Source: an uncultured bacterium (GTDB lineage: Bacteria > Zhuqueibacterota > QNDG01 > DTFT01). From it: a stretch of DNA of 64,000 bases. Numbering within the stretch: position 1 is the first letter of the stretch; the number at the start of each line of letters is the position of its first letter. The stretch covers positions 64,001 to 128,000 of the forward strand of contig CAVTNR010000027.1 of the NCBI GenBank assembly GCA_963736115.1. Direction: 5' to 3'. Under the pieces are notes generated by a model. The model searched no databases and had not been told where the DNA came from. It saw only the letters and a list, made by a program, of their open reading frames with translations. This document shows positions 31,060 to 42,456 of the stretch, in pieces. The position numbers and the translations under genes are program-made.

Positions 31060-31497
31060 CTACTGTGTATCCCTGAATAGCCCTTCTATCTTCTTGCCGA
31101 TCTGGTCCAGTTCCCCCTGAAATTCCGTTTTGAATTCGACCCATTGGCTTTGTCCCCCATCGTATTGCTCCAGCTTTTTCTTCAGGTCGCGATTCTTTTG
31201 TTCCAGGTCGGCCACTTCCTTGGCGAATTTCTTATTGGCGGTGGAACCGCTCTCTTCCATCTTTGATTTGAATACCGCAATATTCTTTTCATTTCCTTCG
31301 ATTTTTTGCGCGGACTCGGTCTTGAATATTTCCCATTCGGCAAGGTATCCGGCCCGAGCTTCATTCAATTCCTCCTGGGCCGATTCCAAATTCGCCTTTG
31401 CATTTTCAACTTTTTGCTTTGATGATTTTTCACAACCAACGAAACAAGCTCCAACAATCAAGCCCATAGCAGCCAGGGCCGTAATTTTATTGTTCAT
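31060..31497 (-). CDS. Coiled-coil lipoprotein
   Basis: Lipobox FVGC; heptad-rich sequence with WEIFK and WVEFKTEF segments. Confidence 0.75.
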   Translation of the reverse strand: MNNKITALAAMGLIVGACFVGCEKSSKQKVENAKANLESAQEELNEARAGYLAEWEIFKTESAQKIEGNEKNIAVFKSKMEESGSTANKKFAKEVADLEQKNRDLKKKLEQYDGGQSQWVEFKTEFQGELDQIGKKIEGLFRDTQ

Positions 31498-31596
31498 GAT
31501 TTTTACCTTTCCTGGTTTCTTTCCCATAACAATCATGCATGATCGACGATATCGTTTTCATAAACCCGACATCAGTTCATTTCACTGGGAATTTGT

Positions 31597-31893
31597 TCAA
31601 CTTTTCAAATCATCGATCTTCTCTGCCTCTTCCTTTATGGATTGCTTGTGCTGATCCACCTTTGCGATCAAACTTTTAATTTTCAGATTTTTCCGGATAT
31701 CCCCGTTCTGACCATTGGCCATCTCACCATACACTTCCATTCCGATCTCCTTGAATACTTCATTCAAAGAGTGGGTGCTGTTCGCCATGTCCAGCTTGAC
31801 CTTTCCGATTTTCATGTATTTATTGGTCTTCGCCGCCGCGTCGGACAGCTCCCCTTTGATCGTTTTTTTGATTTTATTCCAGTTCGTTGACAT
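31597..31893 (-). CDS. Hypothetical helical protein
   Basis: 98-aa ORF with SD AGGAGG; amphipathic Lys-rich helices. Confidence 0.7.
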   Translation of the reverse strand: MSTNWNKIKKTIKGELSDAAAKTNKYMKIGKVKLDMANSTHSLNEVFKEIGMEVYGEMANGQNGDIRKNLKIKSLIAKVDQHKQSIKEEAEKIDDLKS

Positions 31894-31942
31894 ACGCTAT
31901 TCCTCCTGCCGTTTATAACTATTTTCCGAATTCATCTTCAGG

Positions 31943-31979
31943 GAAAACTTGAGCGGACATTACTATCCGCTCAAGTTTC
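31943..31979 (-). terminator. Hairpin/terminator after OMP gene
   Basis: 13-bp stem AAACTTGAGCGGA/TCCGCTCAAGTTT. Confidence 0.65.
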
Positions 31980-31986
31980 AGGAAAT

Positions 31987-32529
31987 CTAAAGTTTATACA
32001 GAAGACCTACGGTTAGAACATAGAAGTTGCTTTTCAAACTGCCGGATCCCGGAATGTCCTCGAAATCATAATCCAGGAAGACGTAACGGATATCACCGGT
32101 CAATAGGAACCTTGTTTCGACGGGCAATTCCACCCCGCCCCCAAAATGATATCCGACCTTCTGCGTCGTCTCGTCTTTGAAAAGCGGCAATTTTGTCTTA
32201 TTATAATCGTACGTCACACTGTACCAGCCGGCGCCGACTGCACCATAAAGCATGGGCACCGGATAAACGAGGCCGGTTATCATGACAGGCCAGCTTCGAA
32301 CCGTCAAGAGATCGTCCGCGTATTTTTCCTGCCGATAGTTAATGGAAGCTTCAACGCCGAAGATCGGTTTTACCTTCAGCCTCCATGCCACACCGCCCAT
32401 CAATGATCCTTTGTCGGCTTCCTGGGCTTTATAATAGCCGATCTGCGGCCCCAGACTGAAGCTCTGTGCATTCCCACGGGGAACCATCAGAAAAGTCAAA
32501 GCTAAGATAAACAGCAGTTTCTTGCTCAT
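31987..32529 (-). CDS. Small outer-membrane beta-barrel (porin/OmpW-like), paralog 1
   Basis: Signal peptide MSKKLLF; GVEASINYRQEKY, GYHFGGGVELP, DIRYVFLDY; near-duplicate of 33179-33721. Confidence 0.85.
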   Translation of the reverse strand: MSKKLLFILALTFLMVPRGNAQSFSLGPQIGYYKAQEADKGSLMGGVAWRLKVKPIFGVEASINYRQEKYADDLLTVRSWPVMITGLVYPVPMLYGAVGAGWYSVTYDYNKTKLPLFKDETTQKVGYHFGGGVELPVETRFLLTGDIRYVFLDYDFEDIPGSGSLKSNFYVLTVGLLYKL

Positions 32530-32680
32530 CACACAGCCTCCTTCGATTGGATAGATGATTTTTTTTGATGGATCTTTCTCAATAGTTGAATTTAATTTAA
32601 ATCGGTTCCCGATCTCATTTTCTCGTCCCGACTCATGGCTGGATCTGTTCTTGAGATTCTCATTAGGATTTTGAGATCTA

Positions 32681-32899
32681 CTACTTTTTACGCCCCGCAA
32701 TAACCATCACAATACCGCCGGTGATCGCCAATCCGCCGAAAAGAGGCGATAGTGGAACCGTCTTCCGGGTCTCGGCTGAGGCCTGGATCGGGCCGATGTC
32801 GATTATTTTCTCACGTGAGGTGTATGTGATGCCCTGATAAATGAAAACCATCGCGCCAAGCACGATAAGAACGATTCCGATGAACTGGATGGGTTTCAT
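32681..32899 (-). CDS. DUF3185-like small membrane protein
   Basis: IGIVLIVLG..YQGITYTSREKIIDIGPIQASAETRKTVPLSPLFGG. Confidence 0.8.
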   Translation of the reverse strand: MKPIQFIGIVLIVLGAMVFIYQGITYTSREKIIDIGPIQASAETRKTVPLSPLFGGLAITGGIVMVIAGRKK

Positions 32900-32932
32900 G
32901 CGTTTGATCTCCTATTTCAGTTTTGCATGCCG

Positions 32933-33082
32933 CTATGCCGATTTGCGGCTTTTAACGACTTTGAACAGCAACACGATGATTGCGGCCACGAGAAGGACAT
33001 GGATGAGTCCGCCTACTAAATGTCCGCTGAAAATGGCAATCAGCCATGACAACAGAAGAATTGTAATAAGAACCCAGAACAT
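32933..33082 (-). CDS. lmo0937-family (DUF5670) small membrane protein (not in ORF track)
   Basis: MFWVLITILLLSWLIAIFSGHLVGGLIHVLLVAAIIVLLFKVVKSRKSA; GGLIHVLL signature; SD AGGGAG. Confidence 0.85.
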   Translation of the reverse strand: MFWVLITILLLSWLIAIFSGHLVGGLIHVLLVAAIIVLLFKVVKSRKSA

Positions 33083-33133
33083 ATTTATCTCCCTTTCCTC
33101 GAAACTGTCTTCTCATGCCTGCGTTTTTCCAGG

Positions 33134-33173
33134 CACACAGCCGAACGGACTATCTGGTCCGTCCGGCTGTGTG
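33134..33173. other. Intergenic stem-loop
   Basis: CACACAGCCGAACGGAC/GTCCGTCCGGCTGTGTG directly after the OMP stop; no U-tract on the coding strand. Confidence 0.6.
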
Positions 33174-33178
33174 GTTTA

Positions 33179-33721
33179 TTATAAACCGAACAGCAGCCCG
33201 ACGGTCATAACGGTAAAATTGCTTTTCATGTCGCTGCCGCCCGGGATTTTTTCAAAATCATAATTCAGAAATACATAGCGGATATCACCGGTCAATTTGA
33301 TTTTGGGACCGACCGGAAGTTCCAATCCTCCGCCAAAATGCCAGCCGACTTCCTGAGAGGTCTCGTCTTTCAGGAGCGGCATCTTCTTCTGGTCATAATC
33401 TGAAGTCACACTGTACCACCCGGCGCCAATGGCTCCGTACACGACAGGCAGGGGATATATTAAACCCGTCACCATCACCGGCCAGCTTCGGACCGTTAAA
33501 GCGCCATCCGCATATTTTTCCTGACGATATTGAATGGATGCCTCAACGCCGATTACCGGCAACAATTTCATCCGCCAGGCTACTCCTCCCATAAAGGAAC
33601 CCTTGTCCGCATCTTTGGTCTTAAAATATCCGATCTGTGGTCCGATTCCGATGCTCTGCGCTGTAACCTGGGCCGCCATCAGAAGGGATAGTCCCGTCAG
33701 CAAAATAATTTTCTTCCGCAT
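33179..33721 (-). CDS. Small outer-membrane beta-barrel, paralog 2
   Basis: Signal peptide; GPQIGY, TVRSWPVMVTGL, GWHFGGGLELP. Confidence 0.87.
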   Translation of the reverse strand: MRKKIILLTGLSLLMAAQVTAQSIGIGPQIGYFKTKDADKGSFMGGVAWRMKLLPVIGVEASIQYRQEKYADGALTVRSWPVMVTGLIYPLPVVYGAIGAGWYSVTSDYDQKKMPLLKDETSQEVGWHFGGGLELPVGPKIKLTGDIRYVFLNYDFEKIPGGSDMKSNFTVMTVGLLFGL

Positions 33722-33844
33722 GGGATGAACTCCTTTGTAAAAGGTTAAAATGATTGTTATCTTTAAAATGAATGGTGATATTTGTGATGGTTCTCATCCC
33801 TTGGCATGAACACCGAATGACATCTGTTTTTTGAAATCGTCTTA

Positions 33845-34031
33845 TCATGTCTTCCAAAACATCAGTTTTTATTTCTTCTTTGGTTCTTCCGAGTCTTTTC
33901 TGCAATCTTCCCAACACTTCTTCTTCCTTCTGGACACGGAATATCGATGAATCCAGACTCCGGTTGGAAAACTTGTTTTTTAAATTTCCCGCCGCCTCCA
34001 TCCAGTTCCCATTCACATCAAGATTGTTCAT
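33845..34031 (-). pseudogene. Degenerate CsbD-family stress protein
   Basis: MNNLDVNGNWMEAAGNLKNKF...KEEEVLGRLQKRLGRTKEEIK matches the CsbD pattern; no stop until 33621, overlapping the next gene by about 100 nt. Confidence 0.6.
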
Positions 34032-34120
34032 ATTGAACCTCAAGGCTTTTCCGATGAAAGCGGATAGCGTCCGCTCTTTGCGTTATTCAGTTATAACATC
34101 ATAATCATATCCGACGTTAA

Positions 34121-34167
34121 AAACAATCGCCCGGAAGGATGAAAAAGTGATTAGTTCTTTTGGACTA
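34121..34167 (-). promoter_or_regulatory. Island motif copy 1 (tandem palindromes + -35)
   Basis: Minus: TAGTCC-AAAA-GAACTA-9nt-TCATCC-TTCC-GGGCGA-TTGTTT, then 17 nt and TATGAT. Confidence 0.8.
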
Positions 34168-34236
34168 CCGGAACTGACTGAGTGTCCGACGCCAGCTTCT
34201 GTCTCCATAAACAAGAAATCACATCGTGTCGATTTT

Positions 34237-36117
34237 TTAAAACGGCTGCCCAATGCTCACCGAAAATCCGGTTTTCCCCCTGGTAGGACCATTGAGACGA
34301 ATGCCGAAATCCGTGCTCAGCAATCCTATCGGTGTGCGTAACCGTATGCCGGGCCCTGCCGTCCAACGAAGGTCGTTCGCGGTAAATTCCGAACCAGATG
34401 TCCACACATAACCGGCATCGGCAAATCCGGCCACTTTCAACCACTTCGCCGCCAGGAATCGAAGTTCCAGAACATTCAATAAAACCGCAAACCGTCCACC
34501 GACCTCATCACCGACTCCTCCCGGTGCGTATCCTCGAACCGGCCTGATGCTTTCACTTCCGGCATAAAACAGCTCTTGTGGGGGAACCACGGCCTTATCC
34601 GCGCCGTAACCGTTGACATAACCGACTGCCACTGCGGTCGCAGCATGAAGATGACGCACGACTGGAAAATATACCCGCACATCCACCATCAATTTATAAA
34701 AGTGATTGGTCCCGGTTCCGATTAGTCCGGCCAATTCCGCGTCGGAGGTCACCAGCAGCCCTTTGACCGGATCGAATAGATTGTCCCGTAAATCAACTGT
34801 AAAGCCGGCGCCGAAACTCTGGGTATTGTTATGATGGGCCATCCGTGACAGTCCGGATAGCTGAGGCTTAACAGTCAATCCATTGACCCATTCAAATGAG
34901 GTAAACATTCGGTATCCGAAGTTCCATTTTGTTTTTCCGAAAAGCGAAAGTGTCAATCCCTTCAGATCCCCGGTAAAGGTGACTTCATCGTGGTGTTCGC
35001 CGTACGCTTCCGCCTCAGCCGTCGGCGCAAGCATGAAGAACCATGGTGCCGTATAGTGCAGATGCAGACTCTTGATAAGCCGGTTGTACTTTCCGTAAAG
35101 ACCGATCGTCCTGCCCAACCCCAGCACATTGCCGTAAGATGTCTGCATCGATAATCGAACTCCTTCGTAAGTTCCATAGCCGATTCCACCCTGTATCCTG
35201 TAAAAATCCGCTTCCTCAATATGAATATTCACCGGGAGTGAAACCGGACCGCTACTTCGGTGCAACTTCTGCGAATCCGCGGCAGTCGCTGTAATCTTCA
35301 CATATTTAAACATGCCTGTTTCCAACATCCGGCGCTCGGATCGTTGTATGTGTCCTGTGGTTAAGGTGTCCCCACGGTGAAAGGTCATCCCCCGTTTGAC
35401 AATGACCGTACGCAGTCGTTTTGAGCCGCTTACCTTCAGTGTACCGGCCTTTGCCAGCGGCCCCTGATCGATCAAAAATGTGACGGTTGCCTTATGCGCA
35501 ACCGAATCCACCCGGTCGTTTCTTTCGACGGAAGACAACGGGTAACCGCCGGCCGCCATGCCGTCAAGGATGCGCTGCTGATCAACTGAAAGCCTCAATA
35601 TTGAATACGGCGTAAGCGGTTTCACTTGAATAAAACGCTTGATTTCCATTTCCCCGAATGTGCCGGATCCCTCTATTTTCACTGAATCGATGAGAGTTTG
35701 CGATCCTTCACTGATCTCAATGCTGACCGTCATGCGGCGTGATGACGGGTCTCTCATAAGTTTACCCGCCCTCACCTGAATGCCGAGAAATCCCCGGTCG
35801 CGATACAAATAATCGATGGCATCGATATCCGCGTTCAACAGGGATCGTGAAAACTTCACCTTTCGAAAGAGACGGCTCGGCCTGGTATCCATCCCGCCGA
35901 GTAGATCCGAAGAAGATATCGAAGTATTGCCGGTGAAATGGACCGCTTTGACGAGCCATGGCCCCTGACTGCGGCGATTTTCCGCGGCGGAAACGCAGAT
36001 CAACGCGCCAAAGATCAAGACAATTCCCGTCATCCACCGCAGTACTGCGGATGACCGGTCGTGACGGGACCGTCTTAGATCCGTCTTAACGATTCTCATG
36101 TCTGTGTCCGTTCGCAT
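34237..36117 (-). CDS. BamA/TamA-family Omp85 protein
   Basis: POTRA-like repeats (VHFTGN, VKIEG, LKVSG); barrel FYAG..VRGY, GPGIRLRTPIG, terminal SIGQPF. Confidence 0.9.
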   Translation of the reverse strand: MRTDTDMRIVKTDLRRSRHDRSSAVLRWMTGIVLIFGALICVSAAENRRSQGPWLVKAVHFTGNTSISSSDLLGGMDTRPSRLFRKVKFSRSLLNADIDAIDYLYRDRGFLGIQVRAGKLMRDPSSRRMTVSIEISEGSQTLIDSVKIEGSGTFGEMEIKRFIQVKPLTPYSILRLSVDQQRILDGMAAGGYPLSSVERNDRVDSVAHKATVTFLIDQGPLAKAGTLKVSGSKRLRTVIVKRGMTFHRGDTLTTGHIQRSERRMLETGMFKYVKITATAADSQKLHRSSGPVSLPVNIHIEEADFYRIQGGIGYGTYEGVRLSMQTSYGNVLGLGRTIGLYGKYNRLIKSLHLHYTAPWFFMLAPTAEAEAYGEHHDEVTFTGDLKGLTLSLFGKTKWNFGYRMFTSFEWVNGLTVKPQLSGLSRMAHHNNTQSFGAGFTVDLRDNLFDPVKGLLVTSDAELAGLIGTGTNHFYKLMVDVRVYFPVVRHLHAATAVAVGYVNGYGADKAVVPPQELFYAGSESIRPVRGYAPGGVGDEVGGRFAVLLNVLELRFLAAKWLKVAGFADAGYVWTSGSEFTANDLRWTAGPGIRLRTPIGLLSTDFGIRLNGPTRGKTGFSVSIGQPF

Positions 36118-36130
36118 TCCCTCACCCGAA

Positions 36131-39100
36131 TCAATGACTATATCGAAACTTCAGATCCATCCCCCCCAGGGCCTGCTGGTCGGTCTCTGCTTCGAAGTAC
36201 AGGAACGGCAGAAGCCGGTAGGACACCAGCATCGTCTGTTGGCTGAGGGTGGATAAACCCGTTCGATAGGTTATAATGACACGGGACGATACCTGCTTGG
36301 TAACCGCAAGCTGGACCTCATCGGAAGCGGGGTCGAAAATATTTCCGTAGATGCCAACGCTTTCCACGTTCAGAAACCGGGCCAATTTACGAGACCCGAA
36401 TCCGGAAAGCTGCTGGCTTACCAGGGACCCTGTCCGTGGACCCAGGTCGGTTCCCGACCCCATCTGGATCGTGCCGAATGTCATTAAAGAGATGATTTGC
36501 TGCTGCGGCAGCGAGGGGACAGCGGACAATGTGACCATCGGATTGGACAGATCTCCCTTGATGAGGAGTGTGATTTCGTAATCCTCCTGTCCTCCCTGAG
36601 GCGGACTCCATGAAACGGCCGATACGGCCGTCACATCGAGAGTTGGATTGATTCTCTGAGGATCGTACTGCCTGATCGTTCCCTGGGTGATGGTGAATTT
36701 TCTGTCAAGATAATAGACAAAACCATTCAAAACCTGTAACTGTCCGGCTATCGATGGTCTGTCCGGTTTGCCTGTGATGGTGACGGTTCCGTCGAGCAGC
36801 ATGTTGCCCAGATTCGAGTCAAGGGTCAGATTGCTGTTCAGATTCACGGCAATTCGCATGACGGATTTTTTAAAAAGTGGATTTGAAGGACGGAGGCTTT
36901 GCGGCGCTTTTCGATTAATCCATTCACTGATGTCGATAATCGAAAAATCCTGCGTCAATCGCGTATTTGCCAGCAGCACATTCATTTTCAGGGTGATCAG
37001 GGAATCCATCGTCAGATGAATATCACCGGTCTGGATGCCGAGATCCAGATTGTCGGTGCACCCGCCGAGACGAACATCCCTGAGTTGAATGTCACTTTGG
37101 GCGTGAGAGACACCCTTGGCATCAAGCACCGCCCTGCCGGTGCCCGTGACATGCCCGCCGCCCCAGTCGGCGCGAAGCCGGCGGAGAAGGATCACACTGT
37201 TTTGAAAATCAACATCCATGGACAAATGATCGAGCGGCCGATCACATTCATAAAGGCTGCATTCTCCATTTTGAAGCAAAAGCGTACCATTCGCCTGACG
37301 AATGCCATCGACCGTCTTAATATCTACACTCCCTGATATCAACCCTTTCTGAATGGTCACAGGATCAGGCATCAGCGGCTGAACAATGCTGAACGGCATG
37401 GCTGTCAATGTTGCGGTGAGTCGGCTGTTTGGTTCGATTGAAAAACCTTTTTTTCTGGTAAACGGTACCATGGCTTTTATGTCGGCCACGCCTCCGTGGG
37501 CGAGTAAATGCAACGAATCCAGAATCAACACATCGTTGACAATCGATCCGCTTCCTGAATAGGAGTTGATCAGATCTCCCTTGTATCGGATGGAATCGCC
37601 GTTCAGGTTAAAACGAGCGACAGGTTGAATCAGCGGTCCGTCGACTTGCAGGTCAAGAACCGCCCGCCCGACTTTCATTCGATTCCTCTTTACCGTCAGG
37701 CTGTGATTGATGATCGTCGACCCGCACGCTCCCGCCCATTCGCCATTGGTTTTGATGAACCTGCCGTGAAGGCTGATGATTCCAAGCGATTGTACCGAAG
37801 GAGCGAATAGCTTGACCATCACCCCATAAGAAACCGAATCACCGCTTATTGTGATGACCGATCCGTCTCTCAATGCCTCAACGCCGCTTGAAAGTGCCTG
37901 CCATGAAACAGGCAAATGGGCGGTGATCCGGAGCGGTTTTACGGATCCTTGTTGACCGGCATTCAGCGTCATGGTCGCAATGCTGTCGGCAAACGCCATC
38001 TCGCCTTTCGAAGTAAGGACGAGGCCGTTTGAAACCGGGTGATCAAATAAAAAATCCAGATGCAGTTTTGGATTCTCGGATTCTCCTGATAGTGCGCCAT
38101 GCACGTTCAGAGATCCCTGAAATCTCTTTGCCTGTGGAAACCAGGGCGTGAAGACCATGGGATCCAGGTCCGCTGCGGTTCCCGTGGCTTCTACCGAATG
38201 TGGAATGAACCGAGCTTCCCCGAGATCGAGCCTGCTGATTGATTGTCGAGACTTAATTTACTGTCGGTATTTACCGATACAATGCGATTGGCCCAGGAAG
38301 CTTTACCGTCACTCGAAATTTCGGATTTCCCGCGTTTGATCGTAAGCGACTGCCAGCGCACGCTCTGATTCACATACCGGAAGTGTGTATAAATCGTATC
38401 GGCCCGGTATCGGCCGTAGGAGCATGGGCCCGTCTGAATATCGCCGGCGATTATAAGGGAATCGAAACGCCCGCTGACACCCGCCTTGGCCCAAACCTTG
38501 CCACTGAATTCGCCCGGTATCCTTCCCTGCAGAGCTTTTGTGATCGATCCGTTTGCAGATATGGAGGATGTGTCGATAAACAGAACCCTGTTTCTCAGCG
38601 CAAACCGACCCCATAGTCTAGTAATCTGAATATCACGCCAGAACAAGCTGCCGCTTTGTATGGTGGCTGAAATCGCGGGATTGCGCAAGGTTCCGCTCAT
38701 TCGGGCATCAGCGATTATCGAACCTCGGACAGTTTCGTTTGATAAAATTCTCACGATTCGATCGATTGAATCCGCCTGAACATGGAATGAACCGTCAATC
38801 GCTCCACGATTGGTAACCCAGCCCTTTCCCTTCGCTTCGTAATCCGGTTCCATTTTCGCAATCAGGTTCCACTTATTTTGAGCCATCCGTAACATCAGTT
38901 TTCCCTGTTTTGCCTCAGTCGTGTTCGTCAACCTTCGGATATCCGCCGACAGAGTGTCCGGAAGTTGCCGAAGTCCTGATCCGGCAGCGTATAAAACGAC
39001 ATCGGCGAGGAACGCGGGGCGATAGTTTCTCATCATCGAAGGCGATATGAATTGCTGCAGATTCACCTTCTCCGCCGACGCCGTGAGGGTGTACGTTCCG

Positions 39101-40257
39101 ACAGCCGGCGACGAAAACAAATGTTCGACTTTCACTCGGGCTGAAGCATCGACAGTCCCAATCGGTGACCATAAACGCGCTTGTCCTCGAAGGAGGCTAT
39201 TGGAATAACGTGCCTTCATTAAGATGGAATCCGTTTTCACAAGCCCTGACTGCAACCCATACCCTGTCAATGTCAGATCCAGGACAGGCCGCTGAAATGT
39301 CCCGTTCATGACACCCTTTGCTTTTATTGTACCGACTGGCTTCAATGACGGAACATTTGTATATAACTGAGCGAAACCTGCCGTGAAGACTTCAACATTT
39401 ACGGTCAGGTTCCATGTCTTATCGGTTGAAAAAGGGATCGTTCCATTCAACAGAAGCTGAATTGAATCGCCCCGTACCTCGGCTTTGCTGAATTGCAAAG
39501 ATGTCGGTCCGACGTTTCCGTGAACATCGATCGTGTTCACACCTCCTCTCCACACGGGGGAGGATATTTTCCCGGTGCCGGTTATTATGATAAATGAAAG
39601 TGAATCCGACTGAATCCATTTCAATCGGGCCGAGAGGATAGTCCCTGCAGCTATTATTTTTATTGCACTGTCGGCAAAGGATACCGCGCATCGTTCTAAT
39701 TCGATCGTTCGGACCAGCGGCCTGGCTGGGCCAGTCATTTTCTTCCGGTTTTCATTTGTCGTCCTCATCATCCCGCCGATATCAATCGGTCCCAAAAATA
39801 AGCCCTGATTCTTTTTATGGAGTTCTCCGGTGAAACCCTCAATTTTTATTGAACGCAGCTCAAAATGTCCATTCAAAAAAGAAATCAGATTGACTTTTGC
39901 CGCAATCCGTTCCACCTGAATCAGTTCACTCCTGATGTCAGGATCGGATAATACAGTTTTTTTTAAAACAATTCCGTTCCAGATATCGAACGTAATCGCT
40001 CCGATGTCGGCATTGCAGGCTAGACTCGATGATATTCTGCGGTTAAAAAAGGACAGCAGTTCCCCTTTAAAAGGCGGGATGGCAGGCAGGATTGATAAAA
40101 CAACAATCAAACCGATCAGCAGGAGTCCAATTCTGCAGGCAATGTGGCTGAATCGCCTGCTTCGCGGCTTTCGGCGCGGTCGCGGCGGAAGACCTTCCGG
40201 CTTCTGTTGCTCAACAGGATCTCGTTTGACGGAAATTTTTCTTCTCCCTCTTATCAT
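36131..40257 (-). CDS. TamB/AsmA-like (DUF490) protein, split by a 1-nt frameshift at ~38220
   Basis: N-terminal TM anchor and beta-taco-like sequence in 38191-40257; DUF490-like C-terminus in 36131-38158 (INPTLDVTA, LSAVPSLPQQQIISLMTFG, DLKFRY). The frames join by adding one G to GGGG. Confidence 0.82.
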
Positions 40258-40332
40258 CCTCCTTATCAGCCGCCTCTCCGCAGTGCGCTATTTCGTAGTC
40301 GAGAGACTCGTATTCAATCTGAAGTCCCTCAT

Positions 40333-40530
40333 TTATTTATTTCCCTTGTATGGTTCCTGCTTCGGGATCTTCAGTTTCAATTCACGCAGAACTCTGTCCG
40401 TCACGGTCGACCCGAAAGAAGGATGGTTTAAAGCCGTTATATTATAGAGGGCAATCGCCACTCCGGACAGCGTTTCCTGCCATCCGAGGAACACTGCATC
40501 CGAAACCGATTTTATCTTGTGTTTCAACAT
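40333..40530 (-). CDS. Possible small hypothetical protein
   Basis: 65-aa ORF co-oriented in an intergenic gap; no clear SD and no recognisable motif. Confidence 0.25.
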   Translation of the reverse strand: MLKHKIKSVSDAVFLGWQETLSGVAIALYNITALNHPSFGSTVTDRVLRELKLKIPKQEPYKGNK

Positions 40531-40763
40531 GGTTCAATCTCATTGTGTATTTTTGATGTCCATTTCCGGTATCTCGAATTTCGGTATACAATTCCGAATC
40601 ATCGGTTGGCTGATTCCTCCATAAAAACGGGGGCAGGAGTACAATTTTGCTCCGTGCCCCCGCCATGTTCTTCATCGGACCTCGTCACCCTGATTCTTTT
40701 ACTCGGCCTATGGATTGAATGACAATGAAGGGAATCAGACCAAAAGCGTCATCCCGCTCTCAC

Positions 40764-41405
40764 TCATCTGATGTAATAGGAGATTCCAGCCCCTGCATAA
40801 TGGAATGAGTCATCGTTCAGCGCGACACCAAACTCGGCGACGAAATCGATTGTATCGGAAATCCGGTATTCGATTCCCGGCACGAGGTGCAATGTCGTGA
40901 ACGAATCGTCGACGCCCGACGGAACATCCTTGATCTTCTCGAACGATACATCCAGTGCGCCGCACAGTTCCAGCTTATCGCCTATGAGGCTGCTCAACTG
41001 CGGGATTATTTCGAATCCCATCAAGTCATAACCATTATCTTTACCAGCCAACCAGTTCAAGCCTCCGGTTAAAGAGAAATCCATACTTGAACTCTGTTCA
41101 GTGCCTCTGAGTATCCAGTATTCTCCATCCACGCCGATCAATGTTCCATTATTCAGGAAGCCCACCTTCGCTTCGACATCGAAATGTGGGGTGAATGCAT
41201 AACCCCCGCGAAGCCCCACTCCGAGCTCATTGTCCGCTCCGTTTTTACCGAACACCATGATCGGGGCCGCCATCAGCTTATATGTTCCCTGATTCATCGT
41301 CTCGGCTGACTGAAGCACACCGATGGTCTGAGCCGATACCGATCTCGAGAAACACAGCCCGATCGCGACGGTAAAAAGGATCCGCCCGATTTGAGAGATT
41401 CTCAT
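40764..41405 (-). CDS. Outer-membrane beta-barrel protein
   Basis: Signal peptide, alternating beta strands, C-terminal GISYYIR; SD AGGAGG. Confidence 0.8.
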   Translation of the reverse strand: MRISQIGRILFTVAIGLCFSRSVSAQTIGVLQSAETMNQGTYKLMAAPIMVFGKNGADNELGVGLRGGYAFTPHFDVEAKVGFLNNGTLIGVDGEYWILRGTEQSSSMDFSLTGGLNWLAGKDNGYDLMGFEIIPQLSSLIGDKLELCGALDVSFEKIKDVPSGVDDSFTTLHLVPGIEYRISDTIDFVAEFGVALNDDSFHYAGAGISYYIR

Positions 41406-41482
41406 GTCCTGTCCTCCTGAAATGAATGATTGAACGGTTTCTTAAATACTTGCAGAATTAAAGTATACATGTTCCGCGCCAT

Positions 41483-41529
41483 AATCAATCGCCCAAAGGG
41501 ATGAAAAAGGATCCGGTTCTTTTGGACTA
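41483..41529 (-). promoter_or_regulatory. Island motif copy 2
   Basis: Minus: TAGTCC-AAAA-GAACCG-9nt-TCATCC-CTTT-GGGCGA-TTGATT, then TATACT 15 nt downstream. Confidence 0.8.
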
Positions 41530-41610
41530 TGACCCGTTACTACAAATCCGATCGCGGCACGGCCGTCTTTTCTTATATTCCAAACAGCCTTGCCCGATGA
41601 CTGATTTTTG

Positions 41611-42414
41611 CTAATTTTTATAATACGTCAACGCTTCTTTCATTTCTGATTTTATCTTCCGAATGCGGCTCTCATCGGAAGGATGCGTACTCAGGAACTC
41701 AAGGGATTGATTATTGGAACTTTGCGACATACGTTGCCAGAAATCGATTGCTCCGTTTGGATCGTAACCTGCCATAGCCATGAAAATCAGTCCGAGATGA
41801 TCGGCCTCACCCTCCTGCATCCGGCTGTAGGGCAGCATGGCTCCGATCTGGACTCCCGCGCCGAAAAGGGACATCCAAATGTCCTGCGTCTGTTTGGGTT
41901 TCTGCTGGAGCGCGGCAGCAAGGGTTTGGCCGCCCAACTCGGCAATCAGCGCCTGACTCATCCGCTCATTGCTGTGCTTGGCTACGGCATGGGCGATCTC
42001 GTGGCCCATCACAACCGCCAGCCCATTTTCAGTGCGTGTTATGGGAAGAATTCCGGAATACACGACGACTTTTCCTCCCGGCATGCACCAGGCGTTGACT
42101 TCCTCGTTCTCGATGAGGTTGAATTCCCACGCGAATCCGTTCAGATCGTGCGACAGATTTTTCCTGGCGAAATAATCCGCCACTGCGTTCTGGATTTTCC
42201 TTCCGACTCCCTTGACCAGATTGGTCTGAGCCGTGTTGTTACTCAATCGGTTCTCCTTCAGGAACTGGTCGTACTGGAGAAAGCTTGTGGAAAGCATGTC
42301 GGTGTCCGAAACCAGGGAAAGCTGACGTCTTCCGGTGAGCGGAACGAGACTGCAGGCCGCCAGCAAAAGCGCAGCCGCCATTATGTAAAAGGATCTTGTT
42401 TTGATCTTTTCCAT
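41611..42414 (-). CDS. M48-family zinc metallopeptidase lipoprotein
   Basis: Lipobox LAAC; NAWCMPGGK, HEIAH (HExxH), EGEAD, FLSTHP. Confidence 0.95.
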   Translation of the reverse strand: MEKIKTRSFYIMAAALLLAACSLVPLTGRRQLSLVSDTDMLSTSFLQYDQFLKENRLSNNTAQTNLVKGVGRKIQNAVADYFARKNLSHDLNGFAWEFNLIENEEVNAWCMPGGKVVVYSGILPITRTENGLAVVMGHEIAHAVAKHSNERMSQALIAELGGQTLAAALQQKPKQTQDIWMSLFGAGVQIGAMLPYSRMQEGEADHLGLIFMAMAGYDPNGAIDFWQRMSQSSNNQSLEFLSTHPSDESRIRKIKSEMKEALTYYKN

Positions 42415-42456
42415 AATTCACATCCTTTCATGTATTTGTTTATAAAGAGTTCATTC

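Noticed and set aside
38148-38230. Programmed split of tamB into two genes
   Set aside because: A single added G in GGGG fuses the frames with plausible intervening sequence; homopolymer error is more parsimonious.
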